Shown here: piece after piece, positions 26,840-35,602 of the stretch
How the letters are laid out: every line of letters begins with the position of its first letter
Numbering within the stretch: the stretch's first letter is position 1
Assembly: GCA_964481435.1 (NCBI GenBank)
Contig: CAYZTH010000003.1
Coordinates: 1 to 36,739 of the forward strand
Source: Candidatus Woesearchaeota archaeon
GTDB taxonomy: Archaea; Nanobdellota; Nanobdellia; Pacearchaeales; UBA284
Reading direction: 5' to 3'
Length of the DNA stretch: 36,739 nucleotides
Made by a program: the position numbers and the translations under genes
Notes under the pieces: model-generated
Told to the model about the DNA's origin: nothing
The model's input: only the letters and a program-made list of their open reading frames with translations
Databases searched by the model: none

Positions 26840-27538
26840 TTATTCTTCAGAGAAATGAAGTTCTCCTGGAACAATAATTGAGAATGGTTCATCTATCTTC
26901 TTGGAGATTAACTGTGTTAGTTTTCCTTTCAAAATCTTCTGTTCTCTTAATCCGCCTTTTGAAAAAATGATAATTTCTTTATCTTTTAGGACACTGGATT
27001 TATCGCTTTCTTGAATTTCTTCTAGAGCTTCTTTTAGAGATAAGCCGGGATCAACCAAGATTAGAGTATGGGCCTTAATTGAGAGATTTTCTTTGATTAT
27101 CTCAAAGAAAGAAGTTGGATGATATCGGTTCTGCCATCTTGGAAGGCTTGTTGTCTTGCCGAATTTATATAACTGCAATCCAGTATCGGATATTACATTA
27201 AAGATAGAATTATTATGAATTATTTCAACTTGAACCCTGGCTTTTTCAGCTTCTCGAATAATTGTGATATGGGTTGTTGCTGCTAAAGGATCTCCGTAAA
27301 TAAGAATTGCAACATCTTCGCGCTTCGCTTGATCTATAAGTGTATTGAGATTATTTTCAAAGGTTTCTCTTTTGGATACGAGGACTTTCTTTCCAATTAA
27401 CTTCTCTAAATCCTGAATCTTATAAGGAAATGTTGTAGTATAGGTCTCTAAATAGGCTTTTTCGCTTTTCTTTATTGCTTCGAGAGCACGAAGGGATATA
27501 TCTTTCAAATCTAGCCCTAATCCAATTAAGTATAACAT
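26840..27538 (-). CDS. dph5: Diphthine synthase
   Basis: MLYLIGLGL, LETYT, GDPLAATTH, TGLQLYKFGKTTS, HTLILVD and IIVPGELH. Confidence 0.96.
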   Translation of the reverse strand: MLYLIGLGLDLKDISLRALEAIKKSEKAYLETYTTTFPYKIQDLEKLIGKKVLVSKRETFENNLNTLIDQAKREDVAILIYGDPLAATTHITIIREAEKARVQVEIIHNNSIFNVISDTGLQLYKFGKTTSLPRWQNRYHPTSFFEIIKENLSIKAHTLILVDPGLSLKEALEEIQESDKSSVLKDKEIIIFSKGGLREQKILKGKLTQLISKKIDEPFSIIVPGELHFSEE

Positions 27539-27558
27539 AAAAATAGATAGAAACTAAG

Positions 27559-27603
27559 TTTAAAAATTATGCTAGAATCACTAAGATAGCATAAGCTTTT
27601 AAA
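27559..27603. promoter_or_regulatory. Mirror-symmetric divergent promoter (dph5 and hypothetical gene)
   Basis: TTATGCTA (27567-27574) and TAGCATAA (27587-27594) form an inverted pair, each followed outward by TTTAAA. Confidence 0.55.
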
Positions 27604-27630
27604 TTGTCAAAGATATTTTTAGATTGAAAA

Positions 27631-28500
27631 ATGCCATCAATTGAACCAACACTGCTAAGGACGCCTGAAATTGAACAATTGGGTGATACAATTATTGATT
27701 GCTCGCCTTTATGCATGGTTCCAGAAAGAATTACGAGGGAAATGAAAAAAAATCCTTCAACTTATGACGGATGCAGAGATCTGAAAGACTATCATGGAAG
27801 AGTTTTTGAGAGGGGTGTTAGAAGATCTATTTATGTTGCAGCTACTATTCTTGGTCTTAATATAAGACCCTATCCTAGCGATCCTCAACCCTATTTTAGA
27901 GAGGCAAACCCTGAAGATTTTGGGGAGGATACGGGCGTTGCGAAAGTAAGCTCCGCGGGAGTATTCCTTTCTGGTCAGAGATTCGGTACAACGAGAGCAG
28001 AGTATGATTCAGTTATCCTATTTCCGGACAACACAATTACGGTTCTTGAAGCTACAATTTCAGACAGACAAGCCCTAGATAGAATGGACCCTGTTAAATA
28101 TGATCAACACCTTCGTCATCTTAGGAGAAGATTAACTAGAAGAGGATTAACCGGCAAGATGGGATATGTCGTTGCTACTATTGCAGATTTTATAGGTCCA
28201 GAACAAAATAAGATGATGGATGTTATGGATAAATTTGAAAATGATGGGGGAATACTTATAGATATCCCACTTTCATTCAGAACATTCTGCGATGAAGTAG
28301 ATAGGTGTGTTGAACAAGAAGGACTTCCTCTTGGCGAATATTACAACGTTCTTCATGAAGATGCTTCCTGGAATCGTCTAACGGTTAGAACAAAGAGAAA
28401 GAGTACAAGACCAAGAGGGCTTAAAGCTGATAGGGAAAGAGGGTATCATCAAGAAAAGTTTTTAGATGGACAACCCCCCGTACAAGACAAAACTAGTTGA
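27631..28500 (+). CDS. Hypothetical protein with possible PD-(D/E)xK nuclease-like fold
   Basis: 289 aa; GRVFE ... AEYDSVI ... VLEAT resembles E...D...ExK with K replaced by T. Confidence refers to the CDS. Confidence 0.6.
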   Translation: MPSIEPTLLRTPEIEQLGDTIIDCSPLCMVPERITREMKKNPSTYDGCRDLKDYHGRVFERGVRRSIYVAATILGLNIRPYPSDPQPYFREANPEDFGEDTGVAKVSSAGVFLSGQRFGTTRAEYDSVILFPDNTITVLEATISDRQALDRMDPVKYDQHLRHLRRRLTRRGLTGKMGYVVATIADFIGPEQNKMMDVMDKFENDGGILIDIPLSFRTFCDEVDRCVEQEGLPLGEYYNVLHEDASWNRLTVRTKRKSTRPRGLKADRERGYHQEKFLDGQPPVQDKTS

Positions 28501-28511
28501 TTTCTTTATTT

Positions 28512-28769
28512 TTACTTATTTTTTGCTTTCAAGAAACATGCTAAAAAGAGGAGGAAAACAAAAACTAGGGCAGAGAGAAGAAAAATAAGAGCATCGGATT
28601 TTACAAGTATCAGACTTAAAATCATCCCTATAATCGAGAGAACGATGATTAGAGCAAAAAAAGGCTTTCCTTGCTTTAGTTCTTCTTTTATATATCTAGA
28701 GAGAAAGAAACCTAAAGGAAATCCAGAAATCGCCAGGATTGCGGCCATTATTAGCTGGGGGGTATTCAT
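28512..28769 (-). CDS. Small membrane protein (3 TM)
   Basis: 85 aa; three hydrophobic helices with a KEELKQGK loop. Confidence 0.7.
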   Translation of the reverse strand: MNTPQLIMAAILAISGFPLGFFLSRYIKEELKQGKPFFALIIVLSIIGMILSLILVKSDALIFLLSALVFVFLLFLACFLKAKNK

Positions 28770-28874
28770 TTTTTAATTTATAAAAAATATTTAGATCTTT
28801 TTTCTTAAATAATTAGGGGGGTTAGGTTTTTATATTTAATTAATCTAACTCACCAGATATCAAAAAGAGGAAAA

Positions 28875-30950
28875 ATGGAAAAAATACCAAAATACGAAGG
28901 GGATAGTATAAAAAGAACCCCTGTTCCTAAAGAAATACACCAGGGTAAAAAGTTGGAGACATTCTTCTTTGTGGTTATACTCCTTTTGCTTGTTTTGGCT
29001 TTAATTTTTCTTACCCCAAAATTGATTCCTTTAATTAATTCACTTTTTGGAAAAGATATTTTGATAAAGGTGGATACTAGCAAACAAAATTTTTATCTGG
29101 AGCATGGACAGACAGAAAAATTAGATTTTATCATCTCCATAACTGGAAGTTCTTTATGTACGGCAAAATGCAGTTATAATTTTTTAGACCTAAGCAACAA
29201 TCAAACAATTAATCAAGAGAACTTTACCCTCGGCCCGTTAGCACAGACTAAGACCTTTGAACTTGGGGCAAATAGAATTGGAAGCGGGCAAGAACTCTAT
29301 AGGCTAGATCTTGAATGTAAGGGGATTTATAGTGAGGCCTGCCAAACCTCCGGAAGAACGTCCTATAGAAATATCTTAATCACAGTTAATTATGACTTAA
29401 ATGATGCAGAGAGACTCTTAAAAGAAAATTCTTTGAATAGATTGAATGATCTTCTTAATAAATTAAATGACTGGCACTCTGAGATAAATTACTTTGATAA
29501 AAGCCTTGATGAATTAAATAAAAAGATTATCGCAGAGGATGCAATAACTGAGAAGGCATATCTAAAGGAGCTTATTCCCAATTTAGACGGATTCATGTAT
29601 GATTTAAGGAATTTATGGAATAAACAAGATTATTATCAACTTAATGATAGCATCGCACAGTATTCTGTGTTCTTCTCAGATTTTGAACAGGAATTTTTTA
29701 GAGTAAATTCTAGTATATACCAAAATATTTTAGAATATAATCACCTAGTAGATAATATCTTCTTAATAAGGAAGATGTTGGTAGAGATGAGAGAAGCACT
29801 ATCTTTGAATGAGACAAATTTCTCAAGAGGCCCTGCAGTTAATGATACAATCCTCGAATTCAATTCTCTTTTAGAGAGGATATATAAAAGAGACTTTTTA
29901 CAAAATAAAAAATCACTAGTAGAACCAGTCATGATTAGGACATTTGAGTTATATATTGATTTTAAAAATCAATCAGGAGGATTCTCTTACTTGCCGATTG
30001 AAAATTATTCTACCATCGATGAAATAAATCTAACTTTGATAAAATATGATAGAACGAACTTCTCCTTGGGCATATCCTTTGATAAACCAAAAGATGTATG
30101 TTGTATACGGGGTAAATGTAGTGAGTGCTGCATACTTGAATCTTGTAGAAATAATCCCTCTAATTTTCCGATTATCTTCGTCCACGGCCATGACATGAGC
30201 AAATATACCTCTGCAGAGTATAATCTTGATGAACAAAACAAAATCCAGAAGAAGCTTGAAAGCGAGGGTTTTGTAAATGCTGGAGCAATCTCAATCAATT
30301 CAAAAGAAGAAGACCCGGGAATTCTTGGTGAGATGAATGCTCCCTTAACCTTTAGGGTAAGCTACTATCTAGATACCCAGAACAATTCCGGGGAATATGT
30401 TGAAGTCCAAACAAAAGATGAAGGCATAACAGATTATGCTGTAAGATTAAAAAGATTAATTGACATTGTGAAGTACAAGACGGGCAAACCCAAGGTCATG
30501 ATCGTTGCTTATAGCATGGGCGGACTAGTCTCTAGAAAATATGCACAAATTTATGGAGATAAGGATATCTATAAGTTAATTCTGCTAGCAACACCGAATA
30601 ATGGTATATACAGTGAGATAGCTGAACTTTGCCCGGTCATAGGCGGAAAAAAAGAGTGCGAGGATATGAATGCTAATAGCACATTCATGAGAGAACTTAG
30701 CACATATCAATTAAAAGTTCCAACTTATACTATCGTGGGCTCGGGATGCAAGATGATTAATGGAGATGGAGATGGCGTTGTTCTAGTTGAAAGTTCAAAG
30801 CTCTCTTGGGCAAATAATTCAATTGTCAAAGGAGATTGCTATGGGCAGGTTTTGCATACAAAACTGACAAATCCAGGGTTGTATCCAGATGCCTATAATC
30901 TCATACTAGAAGTCCTGAAAGAAGAAAATCCAGAATCAGACACTTCTTAA
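28875..30950 (+). CDS. Membrane-anchored multidomain protein with a C-terminal lipase-like alpha/beta hydrolase
   Basis: N-terminal TM; coiled-coil region; IIFVHGH, AYSMGG nucleophile elbow, ATPNNG, GDGVV (Asp), VLH (His). Confidence 0.85.
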   Translation: MEKIPKYEGDSIKRTPVPKEIHQGKKLETFFFVVILLLLVLALIFLTPKLIPLINSLFGKDILIKVDTSKQNFYLEHGQTEKLDFIISITGSSLCTAKCSYNFLDLSNNQTINQENFTLGPLAQTKTFELGANRIGSGQELYRLDLECKGIYSEACQTSGRTSYRNILITVNYDLNDAERLLKENSLNRLNDLLNKLNDWHSEINYFDKSLDELNKKIIAEDAITEKAYLKELIPNLDGFMYDLRNLWNKQDYYQLNDSIAQYSVFFSDFEQEFFRVNSSIYQNILEYNHLVDNIFLIRKMLVEMREALSLNETNFSRGPAVNDTILEFNSLLERIYKRDFLQNKKSLVEPVMIRTFELYIDFKNQSGGFSYLPIENYSTIDEINLTLIKYDRTNFSLGISFDKPKDVCCIRGKCSECCILESCRNNPSNFPIIFVHGHDMSKYTSAEYNLDEQNKIQKKLESEGFVNAGAISINSKEEDPGILGEMNAPLTFRVSYYLDTQNNSGEYVEVQTKDEGITDYAVRLKRLIDIVKYKTGKPKVMIVAYSMGGLVSRKYAQIYGDKDIYKLILLATPNNGIYSEIAELCPVIGGKKECEDMNANSTFMRELSTYQLKVPTYTIVGSGCKMINGDGDGVVLVESSKLSWANNSIVKGDCYGQVLHTKLTNPGLYPDAYNLILEVLKEENPESDTS

Positions 30951-30960
30951 TCTAAAGAAC

Positions 30961-32127
30961 TCATTTCGGGTAGTATTTTCTAAAATAAAATTCAATTATT
31001 TCTTTACAATTAAAAGCAAATTTTAATCCTTTTATTTGATTGAATGAAACCAACATTGCCTTTTGTCCTTCATTTACCTTGATATCTTGATTTATATGTT
31101 GGTCCACTTTTCTAAAAACGTGAATCGCATAACCATTGAATGGAAAATTTCCTAAATATTCTGGGTTCTTTAAATCGTAGTTCAACTCTTCTCTTAGTTC
31201 ACGAACTATTGCTTGCTCGGGGGTTTCTCCCGGTTCTATGTCGCCGCCAAATGTTCCTAAACAATTAGGATATCGAATTGTCTCTTTTTTATCTCTTAAT
31301 TGAAGAAGAACTTCTCCTTTTCCATTATCAAGAATCAAAGAACAATTTGGTTTAGTTTTAATAATCATTTTTAATCCAAAAAACTCCCCCGCATTCTCAT
31401 CTGTTTGTTTTTCAACTTCTTGAAGTGAGAGCTTTTTTATTTCGGCAATCTTCTCACATGCGACTTTGACATTGATTGGCTCGCCGAATTCCTGGCCCTC
31501 TTGTTTAAACCAAGGAGAGTCAGTTTCAAGCATAATCCTGTTCAGAGGCATATCTCGAGCAATCTTTTTTATTGTCTTTGATTTTGCTATGCTTGGACCA
31601 ATTGAAGCATACCATCCATTTTCTATAATCTTCTGGACAGAGTCTTTATCCTGGAGAAGATGCATCAAAACTTTCTTGCCCTTCATTCCTTGCTGCTCTA
31701 GAATCGCTATTGCGTCTTCAGTTGAGTCCCAGGAGTGAATAACCAGGGGCAAGTTTAGTTCTCTTGCGAGTTTAATTAGTCTTATGAAAAGCTCTTTTTG
31801 TTTTTCTCTCCATTCCGGCTCTTTAATCCAGTGATAGTCTAATCCTATTTCTCCGATAGCTGAAATTTTAGAGGCATGCTTATGAATGAACTTCAGAACG
31901 TGCTCTATTTCCTCCTCCCTAAGTTCTTTGATAAATTCTGGATGAAGACCTATGCAAATCTTGACAAAAGGATGATATTTTTCATATATTTCGAGGGTCT
32001 TATCAATGTCTTGTGGATGGGCGCAGCTTGAGATAATATGCCTAAGTTCCTTCTTCCATTTTGGAATAAGCTCTTCAAGCCGATCATAAATTTCTTCTTG
32101 TTCAAGGTGACAGTGTGCGTCTATCAT
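30961..32127 (-). CDS. tatD: TatD-family nuclease fused to a C-terminal Nudix hydrolase
   Basis: DAHCH, GLHP, GEIGLDY, IHS and ETDSP, then the Nudix box GGDIEPGETPEQAIVRELREEL. The start is ATG 32127; the longer ORF runs into the tRNA. Confidence 0.9.
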   Translation of the reverse strand: MIDAHCHLEQEEIYDRLEELIPKWKKELRHIISSCAHPQDIDKTLEIYEKYHPFVKICIGLHPEFIKELREEEIEHVLKFIHKHASKISAIGEIGLDYHWIKEPEWREKQKELFIRLIKLARELNLPLVIHSWDSTEDAIAILEQQGMKGKKVLMHLLQDKDSVQKIIENGWYASIGPSIAKSKTIKKIARDMPLNRIMLETDSPWFKQEGQEFGEPINVKVACEKIAEIKKLSLQEVEKQTDENAGEFFGLKMIIKTKPNCSLILDNGKGEVLLQLRDKKETIRYPNCLGTFGGDIEPGETPEQAIVRELREELNYDLKNPEYLGNFPFNGYAIHVFRKVDQHINQDIKVNEGQKAMLVSFNQIKGLKFAFNCKEIIEFYFRKYYPK

Positions 32128-32138
32128 TTTAAAAAAAG

Positions 32139-32213
32139 CGGACCCGACAGGATTTGAACCTGCGACCCCTTGCTTAGAAGGCAAGTGCTCTATCCAAACT
32201 GAGCTACGGGTCC
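32139..32213 (-). tRNA. tRNA-Arg (anticodon TCT)
   Basis: GGACCCG/CGGGTCC acceptor stem, CTTGC-CTTCTAA-GCAAG anticodon arm, GGTTCAAATCC T-arm; no intron, CCA not encoded. Confidence 0.96.
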
Positions 32214-32248
32214 ATGAAAATTCAAGATATTTCAGACTTTTAAAGTTT

Positions 32249-32863
32249 TCATTTCACGTCTTCTCTAATCATCTTGACTAATTCAGGAAACTCAGAAATC
32301 TGGAAATGACTTTTTATATGATTGTAGACTATTATTTTTGCGTTCTCCAACTTTTCCCTATATTTCTTAGCATGCTCAACCGGAACAACATCATCTCCTT
32401 TGGCAAATAAAAGAGTGATTTTTTTGCAATTTTTCTCAATAAGGGATAAGTCAGATTTAAGCTTGAATCCTCCTGCCAAATCTTCAGTTGGCAGAGTATC
32501 GTCGAATGGTGCGGCAACTAAATAAACAGAGAGTATTTTTCTGGGAAATTTGTTCTCAGAGAGATATTTTGCAAGGAATGTCCCCCCAAGCGATAAGCCA
32601 AGTAAAATAACATTATCCTTTAGAAAGAGGATATACCTCTCAAAAACAATCTTCCATTCTTCGTATTTTGCATTATCGGTCATGGGCATGCGAGTTCTTA
32701 TTATCTGAAAGCCCTTGCCTAACTTTTTATCAAAATATTCGGCATGCCATTTTTTTCTTTTGTCAAGAGAAATCTCATTGGTTTTTAGCCATTTTATGTA
32801 ATCTTTCTGATTATTGAAAGTCATACCGCCATGAACATAAAGGATTTGGGTCTTGTTTAACAT
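32249..32863 (-). CDS. RBBP9/YdeN-family alpha/beta hydrolase
   Basis: VHGG, GLSLGG (GxSxG), LVAAP, DDVVP and SHF. Confidence 0.85.
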   Translation of the reverse strand: MLNKTQILYVHGGMTFNNQKDYIKWLKTNEISLDKRKKWHAEYFDKKLGKGFQIIRTRMPMTDNAKYEEWKIVFERYILFLKDNVILLGLSLGGTFLAKYLSENKFPRKILSVYLVAAPFDDTLPTEDLAGGFKLKSDLSLIEKNCKKITLLFAKGDDVVPVEHAKKYREKLENAKIIVYNHIKSHFQISEFPELVKMIREDVK

Positions 32864-32959
32864 GATTATTGATTGTCTCACAATTTATTAATTTATCCCC
32901 TTTTTTCTTTCTTCATCGCTTAGAGATTATATTTAAAAACTGGCAGAATTATCAGAAGT

Positions 32960-33304
32960 ATGCAACCAACACACTATCGTGGAAAAGTTGATGGGAATAT
33001 CAAAAAGTACCTGAGACGAAGGCACGAAGATGGCGCTGTTTGTCCTTCATTTGTTGGATATGAACCTTTTGAACAACTATGGGCATTGCGAGTAGTTTTT
33101 CCATATGTCACATCAATAAGACTCTTCTTTCCACAACGACAAGATGAACATTACTATGTTATTGACAAGGATACAGCCGAAGGCGTTCTACTTAAAGCAC
33201 ATTCCGGACAACAAGGGAGACATAGTATCAGGTCGCTTCTTACTAATAAAGAATCACAATATTGGGAAGTTGATGGCTTACATCCAAGCGCATATCGAGA
33301 CTAA
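32960..33304 (+). CDS. Hypothetical protein
   Basis: 114 aa ORF with TTTAAAAA about 25 nt upstream. Confidence 0.55.
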   Translation: MQPTHYRGKVDGNIKKYLRRRHEDGAVCPSFVGYEPFEQLWALRVVFPYVTSIRLFFPQRQDEHYYVIDKDTAEGVLLKAHSGQQGRHSIRSLLTNKESQYWEVDGLHPSAYRD

Positions 33305-33433
33305 TTTATTTTATTTTCTGTTTTGGCTCACATTTATAAACCCATATTTATTAAATAATTGTCCCAAAGAACGCAAGTAATTTTTCTTGTAGTGTTTGGT
33401 AAATAGATATGAATAAATTTGATTGGAGGAAAA

Positions 33434-33721
33434 ATGAGCACAAAATGTTATGTGGGAAATCTAGCTTTTTCAGTTACTGAAAAGGAATTGAGAGAAGCTT
33501 TCTCACCATATGGAGAGCTAACTGAAGTAACCGTTATAATGGACAGATTCTCTGGAAGATCCAAAGGATTCGGTTTCATTACTTTCGAAAATGATGAAAA
33601 TGCAGAAAAAGCAATTTCAGAAATGAACGGCAAAGAAGTTCAGGGCAGAGCTATAAAGGTCAGTGTAGCAAAGCCAATGGAAGAAAGATCAGAAAGACGA
33701 AGTTTTGGTAGACGATACTAA
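33434..33721 (+). CDS. Single-RRM RNA-binding protein
   Basis: RNP2 CYVGNL, RNP1 KGFGFITF, Arg-rich tail; GGAGG SD before ATG 33434. Confidence 0.93.
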   Translation: MSTKCYVGNLAFSVTEKELREAFSPYGELTEVTVIMDRFSGRSKGFGFITFENDENAEKAISEMNGKEVQGRAIKVSVAKPMEERSERRSFGRRY

Positions 33722-33897
33722 GTATAGCCCTTTCTAAGCTAATTTTTATTTTTTTATTTTATTTTTTTAACCTTAAATGAAAAGAGATAAACCTGTAAGC
33801 AAGATGACAAATTGCGCAGCACAGATTGTCTGTATCAACAGAGTGCTGCAAGAGAGAGAATAATAAACATAGATAAAAGAACAAAAAAATACTCAAA

Positions 33898-35325
33898 ATG
33901 CAAAAATTTAGAGATTTGGGAATTCCGGAGGAAATAATCCGAGTAATTCAAGAAGATGGATTTGAGAAGCCTAGTGAAATCCAGAGTAAGACGATTCCCT
34001 TAGTTGTTGAAGGGAAAGATGTAATTGGCGGAAGTGCAACAGGCTCAGGAAAGACTCTTGCTTTTGCAGCAGGGATTATAAAAAACTGTGAGCATGGCAA
34101 GGGAGTCCAGGCTTTGATACTGACCCCAACTAGGGAATTAGCAGAACAAGTCTCGGTTTCAATTAAGCATTTTTCAAAACATAAGCCACTAAAAATAATC
34201 TCAGTCTATGGTGGAGTTTCAATAAATCCCCAGATTGAGTCTTTAAGACATGCAGATGTTGTTGTTGGAACGCCTGGAAGAATCCTAGATCATCTTGAGA
34301 GAGATACTTTAATTCTAGACAGCATGAAAATACTTGTCCTAGATGAGGCTGACAGAATGTTAGATATGGGTTTTATAGATGATGTGGTAAAGATTATAAG
34401 GGCTTGCCCAAAAGAGAGGCAGACCTTGCTCTTTTCAGCAACAATCTACGATGAAGTTGTTATGATTGCATCAAAGTACATGCATAATCCTGTAGAAATC
34501 TCAGCAGAATCTCACGTCGATCCTAAGAAACTGCATCAAGTCTTTTATGATACTCCAGATAACATGAAATTCTCCTTGCTTGTCCATCTTCTTAAAAAAG
34601 AAAAATCAGACCTAGTTATGGTTTTCTGCAATACTAGAAAGAACACTGGTTTTGTTGTAAAATATCTATGTTCAAGCGGAATTCCCGCTGTTGCAGTACA
34701 TGGGGGATTTTCCCAAGATAAAAGAGATAGGACAATGGAGGATTTTCATTCAAAAAAAATCAAGGTCTTAGTTTGCACGGATGTTGCTGCACGAGGCTTG
34801 GATATTCCTGGAATTTCACATGTCTATAATTATGACCTGCCAAAGAACAGCAAGGAATACGTCCATAGAATTGGAAGAACTGCAAGAGCTGGAAAAGAGG
34901 GTATGGCAATAAACATCCTAGCTAGCCGAGATTATGAAAACTTCTCAAAGATTCAGGAAGATGAATCTTTAAACATAGTAAAAGAAGAACTTCCTTCTAA
35001 TGTTGATAGAATTTTCATCAAACCTGTAACGCATGGCAGTTATAGGGGAGAATTTAGGGGAGGATTCAGAGGAGAAAGGAGAGAAGGGAGCGGAGGATAT
35101 GGAAGAGGTAGAAGTGAGGGAGAACATAGAAGTTATGGGCGAGACAGAAGAGACTCTGGAGAAAGGGGTGGAAAATGGACTTTCGAGGGACAGGGCAGAC
35201 CAAGCCATGGGCGTCCAAGTAGGGGCGGAAGTAATTATCATAGATCGAAAGAAGCATCAAATTCAAGAAGTTCTGGACGAGGAGATAGAGAGGAACATAG
35301 GGGATATAAAAAGAAAAGATATTGA
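33898..35325 (+). CDS. DEAD-box RNA helicase (CshA/DeaD-like) with an RG-rich tail
   Basis: Q motif, ATGSGKT, PTRELA, TPGR, DEAD, SAT, ARGLD and HRIGRTAR. Confidence 0.96.
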   Translation: MQKFRDLGIPEEIIRVIQEDGFEKPSEIQSKTIPLVVEGKDVIGGSATGSGKTLAFAAGIIKNCEHGKGVQALILTPTRELAEQVSVSIKHFSKHKPLKIISVYGGVSINPQIESLRHADVVVGTPGRILDHLERDTLILDSMKILVLDEADRMLDMGFIDDVVKIIRACPKERQTLLFSATIYDEVVMIASKYMHNPVEISAESHVDPKKLHQVFYDTPDNMKFSLLVHLLKKEKSDLVMVFCNTRKNTGFVVKYLCSSGIPAVAVHGGFSQDKRDRTMEDFHSKKIKVLVCTDVAARGLDIPGISHVYNYDLPKNSKEYVHRIGRTARAGKEGMAINILASRDYENFSKIQEDESLNIVKEELPSNVDRIFIKPVTHGSYRGEFRGGFRGERREGSGGYGRGRSEGEHRSYGRDRRDSGERGGKWTFEGQGRPSHGRPSRGGSNYHRSKEASNSRSSGRGDREEHRGYKKKRY

Positions 35326-35436
35326 TTCTATATTCATTGAGAGGTAAGTGATTAATTTTTACCAAGATAAATTTGTGCTGATGCAATCTTGCTCTATTGA
35401 TTAAATTTATAAACTTCTGACATTTTTGGGTTTCGT

Positions 35437-35509
35437 GCGCGGGTGGCTCAGCAGCTACGGCGTCCGCCTGCAGAGCGGATATTCGGGGGTGCAAGTCCCT
35501 CCCCGCGCT
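35437..35509 (+). tRNA. tRNA-Cys (anticodon GCA) with non-canonical D/T loops
   Basis: GCGCGGG/CCCGCGC acceptor stem with U73, TCCGC-CTGCAGA-GCGGA anticodon arm, T-loop TGCAAGT; TTTATAAA at 35406-35413. Confidence 0.88.
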
Positions 35510-35602
35510 TACAACCTTATTCTATTTGGTTCGGGTTTTGGACTTTTCAGTGAAATTTGAATAACTTTTTAAACATAAAGCCATTATTTTATATGAATAA
35601 AA

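Noticed and set aside
32128-32184. N-terminal extension of TatD
   Set aside because: It is a translation of the tRNA-Arg sequence.
34969-35494. Alternative-frame ORFs of 90, 104 and 142 aa
   Set aside because: Shadows of the purine-rich helicase tail and the tRNA-Cys; no independent motifs.
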